A stretch of DNA of 64,000 bases from an uncultured Gemmatimonadales bacterium (GTDB taxonomy: Bacteria > Gemmatimonadota > Gemmatimonadetes > Gemmatimonadales > GWC2-71-9): positions 64,001-128,000 of the forward strand of contig CAVSLV010000001.1 in NCBI GenBank assembly GCA_963728915.1, given 5' to 3'. A program made the position numbers and the translations under genes. Below the pieces are notes generated by a model. It was given only the letters and a program-made list of their open reading frames with translations, did no database searches and was not told the origin of the DNA. The first letter of the stretch is position 1, and each line of letters begins with the position of its first letter. Positions 17,486-27,032 of this stretch are shown one piece after another.

Positions 17486-19981
17486 TGCGGATACCAGCCC
17501 TCCGGCTCTTCCTCGCCGCGGTGACCCTCGGAGCCCTCGTGGTTCTCGGCGCCCGGGGCGCCGGGCCGCTTCCCCCGCTGGGCCGCTTCCTCGACCCGGT
17601 GCACGGGGTGTGGGCCGTGGCCCGGAGTGCGGAGCTCCCCGCCGACAAGGAAGCCCGGATTCCTGGCCTCTCGGCCCCGGTCACGGTGCTCTACGACGAT
17701 CGGGGGGTGCCTCACCTCTTTGCCCGAAACGAGGAAGACGCCTGGCGAGCCGAAGGCTATGTCCTGGCGCGGGACCGTCTCTTCCAGATGGAGCTCCAGA
17801 CCCGGGCCGCGGCCGGGAGGTTGGCGGAGCTGGTGGGACCCCGGGCCCGTGAGGTCGACCTCGCGACCCGCCGACGGGGATTTCCCTGGGCCGCGTCCCG
17901 GAGTTTCGCGGCGCTCGATTCATCGTCGCTCGGGTTTCGGGCCGCGCGCGCGTACGCCAGCGGCGTCAACGCGTTCATCGACCAGCTGACGCCGGGCACC
18001 CTGCCCCTTGAGTATCGACTGCTCAACGCGCGTCCGTCCGCCTGGGAGCCGATCAATACGTCCTACCTGTTTCTCCAGATGTCGTACATCCTTGGCTGGG
18101 ACGATCCCACCCTCGAGAAAATGGAGACCAGGGGCCTGGTAGGCAGGGCGGCGGCCGACGCGCTCTTTCCGGTCAACAGTCCCATCCAGGAGCCGATCCA
18201 GCCCAACGGGCAGAGCGCGCCACGGTTCGACTTCACCCCCCTTGCCCCCCCCGGGCCTCCCGACTCCCTGGCCCTCCTGTCTTTTCGCTCCATGGAGGCC
18301 GTGAACGCGCGGCTCGGCCAGAGCGCCCGGCGCTCGGCCGGGGGTGACGCGATCGGCAGCAACAATTGGGCGGTGATGCCCCGGCGTACTGCGTCCGGGT
18401 TCGCCCTCCTCGCCGGCGATCCTCACCTCGATCTTTCCCTCCCCTCGATCTGGTACGAAATCCACCTCAACGTCGCGGGCGGTCCGGACGTGGCCGGAGT
18501 CACCTTCGCCGGCTCACCGGGTGTGATCATCGGGTTCAACCGGGACGTGGCCTGGTCCTTCACCAACACCGGCGCGGACGTTCGCGATCTCTACCGGGAA
18601 ACCGTGGACGATCCGTCGCATCCCACCCGCTACCGTCTCGATGGAGACTGGAAGCCGCTCGAGCTTCGCGAGGAGGTCGTGCGGGGCCGGTTGGGGGAAG
18701 TCCTCGCCGTGGACACGGTGCGGTTCACCCATCGGGGGCCGCTGGTTCCCGTGAACGGCCAATGGCTGTCGGTCCGCTGGACCATCTGGGACGCCCGAGC
18801 CTATGGAGAGGAGTTTCTCCGGCTCGATCGGGCCCGTTCGGTGCCGGAGTGGCTCGCCGGGTGGAAGGATTTCGTGGCCCCGGCGCAGAACGGGATTGCC
18901 GGGGATCGAAGTGGAAACATCACCATCCGATCCACCGGCAGGTTTCCGCTCCGCCCCGGCAACGGAAGAGGCGACGAGATCCGGGACGGCAGCACCAGGA
19001 CGAGCGACTGGACGGGGTCCCTGCCGCTCGAGCGTTATCCGTCTTCCATCGATCCAGCCCAGGGGTTTCTGGCCTCCGCGAATCAGCAGCCGGTCGATCC
19101 CCGGGTCGAGCCGGTCTACCTGGGCGCTGACTGGTACTCCCCCTGGCGTGCGATGAGGATCAACGCGCTCCTCCGCGCCGACTCGGCGGTGACGCCTGAC
19201 GCGATGCGCCGGTTCCAGGGCGACGCCCGGAGCGTGCGGGCCGACTTGTTCATTCCCTATCTACTGACGGCGGCGGCCACCTCCATCGACAGCCTGGCGC
19301 ACCAGGCAGCCTTGCTGCTCGCAGCCTGGGACCACACCTACACCCGGGAAAGCCAGGCCGCTGGACTCTTCGAGGTGACGATGGCCGAGCTGAATCGGTT
19401 GACCTGGGACGAGTTGATCCCGGCCGGATCGTCTTCTCCCTCCAAGCCTGCGGATCCCGTGGCGGTTCCCCAGGATGCTATTCTGCTCGAGCTCATGGCC
19501 GATTCGACCAGCGCGTGGTGGGACCGGGAGGCGACGACGCCGGTCGAGCGGAGAGATGCGGTCCTCGCCGAGGCGCTGCATCGCGGTTGGGCTGGAATGG
19601 TGGAACGCTGGGGCCCACCGGGCGAAGCGTGGCGCTGGGACCGGGTTCACCGAGCCAACATCTGGCACCTGCTCCGGATTCCCGGGTCTTTCCGCCCTCG
19701 ACCTTCCGGTCCAGGCGGGGAATGGGACGCTCAATCCCTCGCCCGGGACCGGCACCCACGGGGCGAGCTGGCGCATGGTCGCCGAGCTGGGCCCCGAGGT
19801 CCGCGCCATGGGGACCTATCCCGGCGGGCAATCGGGAAACCCCGCGAGCACTCGATACGACAATCGGATTGCCGGCTGGCTCGCCGGCTCGCTCGATTCG
19901 CTGCTGTTTCCCTCCCGGCCGGAGGACCTGCCGCGATTCCGGGTGCAAAGCGCCCTGACGCTCCTTCCGAGGGAGCCCTGA
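17485..19981 (+). CDS. Penicillin acylase (Ntn-hydrolase, S45) family protein with a +1 frameshift near 19685
   Basis: GTG 17485; DDRGVPHLFA, DRLFQME, GSNNWAV nucleophile, GDPHL, WSFTN and ASANQ. The C-terminus (GASWRMVAELG...PGGQSGNP) continues in the frame of ORF 19475..19981. Confidence 0.85.
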
Positions 19982-20356
19982 TGCGGCGCCTGCTCGCCAT
20001 CGTCCTGCTCGCCCTGGCGATCGGTCTGGGAACGTTCGTGGCCTGGTGGTTGGTCCCGGCGATCGGGCTGATCTGGGGATTCATGGCGGCGGGGCGAGCG
20101 ACGGCCGGCGGGGCGGCGCCCGATCCTGGAGGTGACCCTCGGGGCGGGCCTGGCGTGGGGCGGCTGCCTCCTCGGTGACGCGCTCGCCTCCCGGGGCGGG
20201 TTAGGCCGGCTTGCCACGCGGCTCGGGCCGGTGTTCCACACCCCGGCGCCCCTGCTCTTCGGAGCGACGGTGGCCTTCGCGATGCTCCTGGCGGCGGCCG
20301 CCGCGGCCATCGGCGCCGGGTTAGGATCATCTCTACCGCCCAGGGGCTCGTCATGA
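19981..20356 (+). CDS. Small integral membrane protein with a +1 frameshift near 20090-20120
   Basis: MRRLLAIVLLALAIGLGTFVAWWLVPAIGLIWGF from ATG 19981 continues as RRPILEVTLGAGLAWGG...GSS in the frame of ORF 20132..20356. It is coupled to both neighbours. Confidence 0.7.
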
Positions 20357-22371
20357 CTCGAACCGCATCGCTCCGCGGCAGGTGGCCCCTCTGGCCGGCC
20401 CTCGTCCTGGCCGGTTGCTCCGGCGGGGCCGCCGGCCCGGAGCCCCCCCCGCCGCCGCCCCCGGCCCCGGTCGCCTCGGTCGCGGTGAATCTCGCGCCGA
20501 CCGGGATCGCGATCGGCCAGACCGCTCAGGCCACCGCCAACCTGCGTGATGCGGCGGGACTGCTCCTCAACGACCGGCCGGTGACCTGGAGCTCGACCTC
20601 CACCTCGGTTGCCACCGTCAATTCCAGCGGCCTGGTCACCGCGGTCGCGGTCGGCGCCGCCGGCATTGCCGCGACCGCCGAGGGCATTTCCGGTTCGGCA
20701 GAGCTCCAGGTCTTCGGCTCGACCCAGAATCTCACGGTGGACAATGTGACGGTGACCCAGGTGGTCCAGCGCTATGACGGCACGATACCGCTCGTCGTGG
20801 GGGGACACCCGGTCCTGGTGAACGTCTTCGGCACCCTGGACCGCCCGTTTCCCGCCGGCACTCAGGCGCCCAAGGTCCGGATCGAGATCTTCAACGGCGC
20901 CGCCCTGGTGCAAACCGACGAGCGCGCGATGACCGGCAGCGCCGCTGCACAGGTCAATCCCGAGCAGCCGATCCATCAGGTGGTCCTGCCTGCCTCCATT
21001 GTCCATGCTGGACTCGCGATCCGGGTGACGATCAATCCGGATGGCGTGATCCCCGAGGCCAATCTGACCGACAATCAATGGCCCCGATCGGGGACCCAGC
21101 CGGTTGCCGCGGTCACGGTCCCGACGCTCCCGTTGCATTTCGTACCCATTCTCCTGACCAGCGGCGGCTCGATCGGCACCGTGACGTCCGCCAACCTCCC
21201 CGAATACCTCAATGCCACCGAGCAGCTCCATCCGGTCTCGACGATCGACGCGGACATCGGCGCGGTGTTTGCGACCGACGTGGCGTTCGGCGGTGGCGAC
21301 GCGACCGCCTGGACCACCATTCTCCAGCAGCTCGATGTTCTCCGGGTGATGGAAGGCACCAGCCGTTACTATGTCGGCGCCCTGCAACCCCCGCCCGGCG
21401 TGACCTTCGTCCAGTTCGGGGGGTACGGATACATCCCCCCGAACCCGCAGAGCAGCGGTCCAACGACGCGCACCGCGGTGCTGGTCGGAGCCGGCTGGTT
21501 CAATCGGGCCCGGCAGACCACCGAGCTGGTGGCCCACGAGCTGGGCCACACCATGGGACGGGCTCATTCCCCCTGTGGGGGCGCCTCGAATCCCGATCCC
21601 AACTATCCCTACGCCGGGGCTCAGCTCGGCGTCCCGGGATACGACTTGTTCACCTGGCAATCCACCGGGTCAGGGCTCCCGATTGCCTATCCCTCTTCGA
21701 ACTTCGACATCATGTCGTACTGCACCCCGGCCTGGATCAGCGACTACACCTACGTTCGTCTGATCGCGGCACGGGGTGCGGTCAACGCCGCCCCGGCCCT
21801 CCGGCCCACCGCGGGGGCGTGTCCCTGCCTCATCGTCTGGGGCAGTGTTCGGGACGACGCGATTCGGCTGGAACCCTCGTTCGTGGCGCCTGCTCCGGCG
21901 TTGCCATCGGAGCCGTCTTCCGGCGCGGGAGGACGGTTCTTCCTGTCGGTGGGGGGAAGCGGGGCCACTCCGCTGGCGCAATTCCGGTTCGATCCGGTTG
22001 AGATCGACCACGCCGCCGGGATCCGGCATTTTCTGTTCGCCATCCCCTTCCCGGCGAACCAGCTTTCCGGTCTCTCCCTGGTATCGGTGAGTGGGGCAGG
22101 GCTTCGCGCCGAACGGACGGCTCCCCTCGTCGGCTCTCCCCCATCCATCCGGGTGGAGTCGGCGGGGTCGGCGACCTTGCGACTTCGCTGGGATGGGGAA
22201 ACGTTCCCGCTCCTGGTGATCCGCGACCCCCGGGATGGACGGATCCTCCAGTTGGCGCAGGGAGGCACCGCGCTGATCGCCCGGGGGCCCCTCGCCCTCG
22301 ATCTGACCGTGTCGGATGGCGTGCGCAGCACCGTCTTGCGGGTTATGACCTCTTCAGGAGGCTTTCCATGA
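20353..22371 (+). CDS. Lipoprotein with an Ig-like (Big_2) domain and an M66-like zinc metallopeptidase domain
   Basis: Lipobox LAGC, VTWSSTSTSVATVNSSGLVTAVAVG, HELGHTMGRAHSPC and DIMSYC...WISDY. Confidence 0.85.
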   Translation: MTRTASLRGRWPLWPALVLAGCSGGAAGPEPPPPPPPAPVASVAVNLAPTGIAIGQTAQATANLRDAAGLLLNDRPVTWSSTSTSVATVNSSGLVTAVAVGAAGIAATAEGISGSAELQVFGSTQNLTVDNVTVTQVVQRYDGTIPLVVGGHPVLVNVFGTLDRPFPAGTQAPKVRIEIFNGAALVQTDERAMTGSAAAQVNPEQPIHQVVLPASIVHAGLAIRVTINPDGVIPEANLTDNQWPRSGTQPVAAVTVPTLPLHFVPILLTSGGSIGTVTSANLPEYLNATEQLHPVSTIDADIGAVFATDVAFGGGDATAWTTILQQLDVLRVMEGTSRYYVGALQPPPGVTFVQFGGYGYIPPNPQSSGPTTRTAVLVGAGWFNRARQTTELVAHELGHTMGRAHSPCGGASNPDPNYPYAGAQLGVPGYDLFTWQSTGSGLPIAYPSSNFDIMSYCTPAWISDYTYVRLIAARGAVNAAPALRPTAGACPCLIVWGSVRDDAIRLEPSFVAPAPALPSEPSSGAGGRFFLSVGGSGATPLAQFRFDPVEIDHAAGIRHFLFAIPFPANQLSGLSLVSVSGAGLRAERTAPLVGSPPSIRVESAGSATLRLRWDGETFPLLVIRDPRDGRILQLAQGGTALIARGPLALDLTVSDGVRSTVLRVMTSSGGFP

Positions 22372-23276
22372 CCGGTCGGCTCCGGCGCAGCCTGTTCCCT
22401 CTCGCCCTGGTGGCCGGCCTGCCGGCGGCGGCCTGGTCCCAGGTCAACTACGATACCGTCCAGGTCCGGTCCATCCCGGCGGGTCCCGGGGTCTATATGC
22501 TGACCGGGGTGGGAGGCAACATCGGGCTCTCGGTCGGCGATGACGCCGCGTTCCTGGTCGACGATCAGTACGCCCAGCTGAGCGAAAAGCTGATCACTGC
22601 CGTCCGGGCTCTCACCGACAAGCCGATCCGCTTCATCGTCAATACCCACTGGCACGGCGATCACACCGGGGGCAACGAGAATCTCGCCAGCACGGGGGTC
22701 ATTATCGTGGCCCACGAGAATGTCCGGATCCGGATGAGCAGCGAGCAGTTCATCGCCGCGCTCAACACCCGGAGCCCCGCCTCGCCGCCCCGGGCCCTGC
22801 CGATCGTGACCTTCGGCGACGGGGTCGCCTTTCATCTGAACGGCGACGACATTCACGTGCTGCACGTCGGGCCGGCCCATACCGATGGCGATGCGATCAT
22901 TCACTTCACCCGGGCCAACGTCCTTCACATGGGCGACGTGTTCTTCAACGGGCGATATCCGCTGATCGATCTGTCCAGCGGGGGCTCCTTCGAGGGAATG
23001 GTCACCGCGGCGAACACCGGGCTTCGCTTTGCGAATGACAGCACCCGGATCATTCCGGGCCACGGACCCATGGCGACCCGGGCCGACCTGGTGAAGTACC
23101 GCGACATGCTGGCCACGATCCGGGATCGGGTCGCCGCGCTGATTCGGCAGGGAAAGACCCGGGAGCAGGTGATCGCGGCCAGGCCCTCCGCCGAATGGGA
23201 TGCGACGCTGGGCGCGGGAAATATCAAGCCGGAGATGCTGATCGGGTTTGCCTACGACAGCATGAAGAAGCCCTAG
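22368..23276 (+). CDS. Exported MBL-fold metallo-hydrolase (cyclase/glyoxalase II-like)
   Basis: Signal peptide; NTHWHGDHTGGN, AHTDGD, HMGD and IPGHG. Confidence 0.9.
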   Translation: MTGRLRRSLFPLALVAGLPAAAWSQVNYDTVQVRSIPAGPGVYMLTGVGGNIGLSVGDDAAFLVDDQYAQLSEKLITAVRALTDKPIRFIVNTHWHGDHTGGNENLASTGVIIVAHENVRIRMSSEQFIAALNTRSPASPPRALPIVTFGDGVAFHLNGDDIHVLHVGPAHTDGDAIIHFTRANVLHMGDVFFNGRYPLIDLSSGGSFEGMVTAANTGLRFANDSTRIIPGHGPMATRADLVKYRDMLATIRDRVAALIRQGKTREQVIAARPSAEWDATLGAGNIKPEMLIGFAYDSMKKP

Positions 23277-23425
23277 GTCCGGAGGCGCCCCGCGTCCTTG
23301 GCGGCCTTCCGGAGCAGGAACTCGATCTGCGCGTTGAGCGAGCGCAGCTCCGACCCCGCCCAGCGCTGCAAGGCTTCATGCAGTGCCGGATCGAGTCGGA
23401 GCAACAGGGCTTTGCGTTCGGCCAC
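23273..23425 (-). CDS. Small Arc/ribbon-helix-helix DNA-binding protein (50 aa)
   Basis: Below the ORF-track cutoff. GTG 23425 gives MAERKALLLRLDPALHEALQRWAGSELRSLNAQIEFLLRKAAKDAGRLRT*, with an RHH pattern (LLLRL...RSLNAQIEFLL). Confidence 0.85.
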   Translation of the reverse strand: MAERKALLLRLDPALHEALQRWAGSELRSLNAQIEFLLRKAAKDAGRLRT

Positions 23426-23434
23426 GGGCTCGGA

Positions 23435-24307
23435 TCAGCCGGCGTAGAGCGTGCCGGTGTTCACGACCGGCTGGGTCCCGCGCTCGCCGCAGAGCACCAC
23501 GAGCAGGTTCGAGACCATCGCCGCGCGCCGTTCGTCATCCAGCTGGAGAATCTGCTTCTGCGCGAGCAGGTCCAGCGCATTCTCGACCATCCCCACCGCG
23601 CCCTCCACGATCCGGCTTCGGGCCGCGATGATGGCGCCGGCCTGCTGGCGTTGCAGCATCGCCTGGGCGATCTCCGGCGAATACGCCAAGTGCGAGAGCC
23701 GGGCCTCCTTGACCTCGACCCCGGCCTTGGCCAGCCGCTCCGACAGCTGCCGCATCAGGTTCTCGGCCACTTCGTCGGCATGGGATGAGAGCGCGGCTTC
23801 ATCGGGAGTATGCGAGTCATAGGGATAGCTCGAGGCCATGGCCCGGACCGCCGACTCGCTCTGCACCTTCATGTAGTTCTCGTAGTCGTCCACTTCGAAC
23901 AGGGCCTCGGCGGTGTCGACCACCCGCCAGACCACGATGGCTGCGACTTCGATGGGATTGCTGTGGGCGTCGTTTACCTTGAGCTTGGCGGTCTCGAAGT
24001 TCCGCACCCGTAACGACACCCGCCGTTTGACCGTGAAGGGATTCACGAACCAGAAGCCGGCCTCCTTGACCGATCCATGGTACTTGCCGAACAGCACCAG
24101 CACCTTGGCCTCGTTGGGTTGCACGACGATAAGACCGGGCGGGATCAGCATGAGCACCACGAAAAGGACGATGCTCCCGATCAGACCAATCGCCGACTGG
24201 GCCTGGATCTGGTTCACGAAGAGCCATCCCACCAGGACCAGACCCGCCAGGAAGATGAACAGCATGAGAAATCCTGCCGACGGCCGACGAACCAGCTCGC
24301 GCACCAT
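23435..24307 (-). CDS. SPFH/Band 7 domain membrane protein
   Basis: Two TM helices; [34 protein letters not shown] and [17 protein letters not shown]. Confidence 0.92.
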   Translation of the reverse strand: MVRELVRRPSAGFLMLFIFLAGLVLVGWLFVNQIQAQSAIGLIGSIVLFVVLMLIPPGLIVVQPNEAKVLVLFGKYHGSVKEAGFWFVNPFTVKRRVSLRVRNFETAKLKVNDAHSNPIEVAAIVVWRVVDTAEALFEVDDYENYMKVQSESAVRAMASSYPYDSHTPDEAALSSHADEVAENLMRQLSERLAKAGVEVKEARLSHLAYSPEIAQAMLQRQQAGAIIAARSRIVEGAVGMVENALDLLAQKQILQLDDERRAAMVSNLLVVLCGERGTQPVVNTGTLYAG

Positions 24308-24323
24308 TGCCCGACTCCGCTAG

Positions 24324-24364
24324 AGTGATACTGATATGATATCACTATGATAGAACGGCGTCAA
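24324..24364 (-). promoter_or_regulatory. Sigma-70 promoter overlapped by a TGATA-rich operator
   Basis: Minus strand TTGACG (24364-24359)-N17-TATCAT (24341-24336). Inverted repeat AGTGATA...TATCACT (24324-24346) with four TGATA copies. Confidence 0.75.
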
Positions 24365-24529
24365 GCGCCACGATTCGGGTATCCTCCGACGACCAGCGCT
24401 CGGCCCCCATCGGTTCCAACGTTCCCCCGGCCGCAAGTCTCCAACCGATCGAGATTTGGCGCTGTTCCGTGAGGAGGAAGCCTGACCGCTCAGACTGCCC
24501 TGAATCGCGCCGATCTAGATCGCGCCGAC

Positions 24530-25027
24530 GTGTCGCTGGCCCAGGCCGGCGATCCTGACGCGTTCGAGCGGATCTACCGGCGCCATGTGGCCAGGGTGGC
24601 GCGCTTGGCGAGCTGGCTGGTCGAAGGAGGAGACGTCGACGATGCGGTCCAGGAAGTGTTCATCCGGGTCTGGCAAAAGCTCCACACCTTTGCGGGGCAC
24701 TCGAGCTTCGGCACCTGGCTCCACCGGGTTGCGGTAAATCTCATGCTTCGGCGCCGCCGCACCCTTCGCCTCATGCAACAACGCCATTCCGGCAGCGACG
24801 AGGAGCTGGCGGCGGTGAGCGGGCCGCTCGATCGCCCCGACCTCAAGCTGGCCATCGAACGGGCCATGGATGAGCTGCCGCCCGGCGCCCGCGAGGTCTT
24901 CGTTCTCCACGACATGGAAGGTTACAAGCACGAGGAAATCGGGCGGTTGCTCGGCGTCGACGCCGGCACCTCGCGCTCCCAGCTCCATCGCGCTCGCATG
25001 CTGCTGCGGCAGCTCCTGGCGGGTTGA
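24530..25027 (+). CDS. ECF-family sigma factor (start may be the CTG at 24482)
   Basis: AFERIYRRH, DDAVQEVFIRVW, FGTWLHRVAVN and REVFVLHDMEGYKHEEIG...SRSQLHRAR. Confidence 0.92.
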   Translation: MSLAQAGDPDAFERIYRRHVARVARLASWLVEGGDVDDAVQEVFIRVWQKLHTFAGHSSFGTWLHRVAVNLMLRRRRTLRLMQQRHSGSDEELAAVSGPLDRPDLKLAIERAMDELPPGAREVFVLHDMEGYKHEEIGRLLGVDAGTSRSQLHRARMLLRQLLAG

Positions 25028-25040
25028 GGAGGGTTCGATC

Positions 25041-25712
25041 ATGGATGGCTACACCACGACGCTCTCGGCGTATCTCGACGGGGAGCTCAACGACCTGGAG
25101 CGAAACCGACTGGAGGCGCACCTCGCGACCTGTGGCGAGTGCCGGACTGTGCTCGCGGACCTTCGGATGATCGTGGCCGCCGCTCCGCACTATGAAGGTC
25201 GGGCGCCGGGCCGGGATCTCTGGCCTTCCATCAAGGCTCATCTCACCGCCGCGCCGAAGCGGCGTCCCTCAGGCGCATGGCAGGACGTTGCCGCCCTCGT
25301 TCGTCCTGCGGGCCCCCGCTCCCGTTTCGGTTGGCCGGTCGTCCTCGCAGCCTCTCTGCTCATGGCTCTGGTCGGTGGGGGCGCCGTCTGGGTAGCCACC
25401 CACCGTATGCCCGCGGTCGTGCAACCCTCGGCGCCGAGCGCCGCGCAACTGACTTCCTTTGCCGACCGGGACTACCAGTCGGCGGTCGCCGATCTCGAGC
25501 GGGTCCTCGACGAAGGACGCAGCCGGCTCGACACCGCGACGGTGCGAGTCATCGACGAAAGCCTCCGCAAGATCGACGCGGCCATCGCGGAAGCCCGCGC
25601 CGCGATTGCGAAGGATTCCACCAATGCATTCCTGAGCCGCCAGGTGACCGCCAACATGCGGCGCAAACTCACCCTGCTCCGTGCCGTTGCCGGTGCGCTG
25701 GCTCGAACCTGA
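25041..25712 (+). CDS. zf-HC2 anti-sigma factor with a TM helix
   Basis: LSAYLDGEL...LEAHLATCGEC and TM PVVLAASLLMALVGGGAVWV. GAGGAGG RBS. Confidence 0.88.
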   Translation: MDGYTTTLSAYLDGELNDLERNRLEAHLATCGECRTVLADLRMIVAAAPHYEGRAPGRDLWPSIKAHLTAAPKRRPSGAWQDVAALVRPAGPRSRFGWPVVLAASLLMALVGGGAVWVATHRMPAVVQPSAPSAAQLTSFADRDYQSAVADLERVLDEGRSRLDTATVRVIDESLRKIDAAIAEARAAIAKDSTNAFLSRQVTANMRRKLTLLRAVAGALART

Positions 25713-25722
25713 CGAGGATGCC

Positions 25723-26613
25723 ATGAACCCTCTTGCCCTGCTGATCCTGGCCGCGACCGCCGGCCCGCTTCCGCCCGACACCACGTTTGGCGTCCCGGCC
25801 GGAACCCGGCTCCGGCTCGAGCTCATGAACGGGTCGATCACGGTGAGCGCGTGGGATCGGAACGAGCTGCAGGTGCAATCCCGCACCTCGCGGCGGAATG
25901 AGGTGCGGGTGCGCCGGTCGGGGAGCGTGGTCTCGATCGAGGTGGAAAGCGACTATGGCATGCCGGCCCGGGCGGACATCACCCTCACGGTTCCGGCCTG
26001 GATGGCCCTGAGTTTCGAGGGCATGAACACCGATATCAAAGTGGACGGGGTCCGCGCTCCGCTCGAGATCGAGACCCTGAATGGTGATATCACCGTGAAT
26101 GGTGGCTCGGACCTGGTGCAGCTCTCCTCCACTTCCGGGAAAGTCACGGTGACCGGGGCGCGGGGCCGAATCGAGCTCAGCACCACCGCCCAGGACCTCA
26201 TCGGGACCGATCTCCAGGGAGACGTGGTCGTCGAGGCGGTCAGCGGGGATATCGTCCTTCGCAACGTCGACTCGAAATCGGTGGAAGCCGAAACGGTGAG
26301 CGGATCGATCTGGTTCAGCGGGGCCATCCGCGACGGCGGACGGTACTCGCTCTCCGCCCACAGTGGGGACATGATCGTGGGGATTCCCGAGGGGACCAAC
26401 GCGACCCTCACCGCCTCGCTTTTTACCGGCCAGGTCGAGACCGCCTTCCCCCTGACCTCCAGCGAGCGGAGCGGGCGGCGGTCTCGAACCTTCCGACTGG
26501 GGAATGGCAGCGCGGCCATGGACCTCGATGCCTTTTCCGGGAACATCTATCTGGTGCGTCCCGACGAATTTGCTTCGCGGCTGTCCCGCCGAGCCCCGAC
26601 CAAGCCGGACTGA
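25723..26613 (+). CDS. DUF4097-like beta-strand repeat exported protein
   Basis: Signal peptide and repeated NGSITV / NGDITV / SGKVTV / SGDIVL / SGSIWF / SGDMIV units. Confidence 0.85.
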   Translation: MNPLALLILAATAGPLPPDTTFGVPAGTRLRLELMNGSITVSAWDRNELQVQSRTSRRNEVRVRRSGSVVSIEVESDYGMPARADITLTVPAWMALSFEGMNTDIKVDGVRAPLEIETLNGDITVNGGSDLVQLSSTSGKVTVTGARGRIELSTTAQDLIGTDLQGDVVVEAVSGDIVLRNVDSKSVEAETVSGSIWFSGAIRDGGRYSLSAHSGDMIVGIPEGTNATLTASLFTGQVETAFPLTSSERSGRRSRTFRLGNGSAAMDLDAFSGNIYLVRPDEFASRLSRRAPTKPD

Positions 26614-26666
26614 ATTCCCGGGCGGGTTGGCCGTATATTCGAACGCCCCTTCCCTGGATCTACCCC

Positions 26667-27032
26667 ATGGCACTTCCGGCTTCTTCCGGCTCCCAGCGCA
26701 TCCTCCACCCCATGACCACCACGACGTTCGGATTCGAGGGGTTCCACGTGGTGCAATCTCTCGGCGTGGTTATGGGGATCACGGTCCGTTCCCGCTCCGT
26801 GATCGGCCTGATCGGCGCGAGCTGGCAAGTGGCGTTTGGCGGGCGGATCAGCATGTTCGTGACGCTGTGCGAAAGGGCCCGTCAGGAAGCGTTCGAGCAC
26901 ATGCTCCAGCACGCCGAGCAGACCGGCGGGAATGCGGTGGTGGGAGTCCGCTATGACGCCAACGAGATCATGAAAGGCGTGACGGAGGTCCTCTGCTACG
27001 GGACCGCCGTCGTGGTCGAACCGATTTCCTAG
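26667..27032 (+). CDS. YbjQ (UPF0145) family protein
   Basis: LGVVMGITVRSRS, AEQTGGNAVVGVRYD and EVLCYGTAVVV. Confidence 0.9.
   Translation: MALPASSGSQRILHPMTTTTFGFEGFHVVQSLGVVMGITVRSRSVIGLIGASWQVAFGGRISMFVTLCERARQEAFEHMLQHAEQTGGNAVVGVRYDANEIMKGVTEVLCYGTAVVVEPIS

Noticed and set aside
16912..20178. 1088-aa ORF suggesting a giant acylase fusion
   Set aside because: It joins an off-frame shadow of the 16934 lipoprotein, the acylase (from 17485) and, through a frameshift, the start of the next membrane gene.
19816..21660. Long antisense ORFs (also 28375-30045, 43066-44661, 50708-52891, 60678-62285 and others)
   Set aside because: They lie opposite well-supported genes, have no recognisable motifs, and are expected from stop-codon scarcity in high-GC DNA.
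22368..23276. Metallo-beta-lactamase resistance gene
   Set aside because: It has Asp (HMGD) at the position where subclass B1 enzymes have Cys and resembles generic cyclase-like MBL-fold proteins, so resistance cannot be inferred.
23273..23425. Antitoxin of a toxin-antitoxin pair
   Set aside because: No adjacent toxin-like ORF. The RHH gene is paired with an SPFH gene instead.
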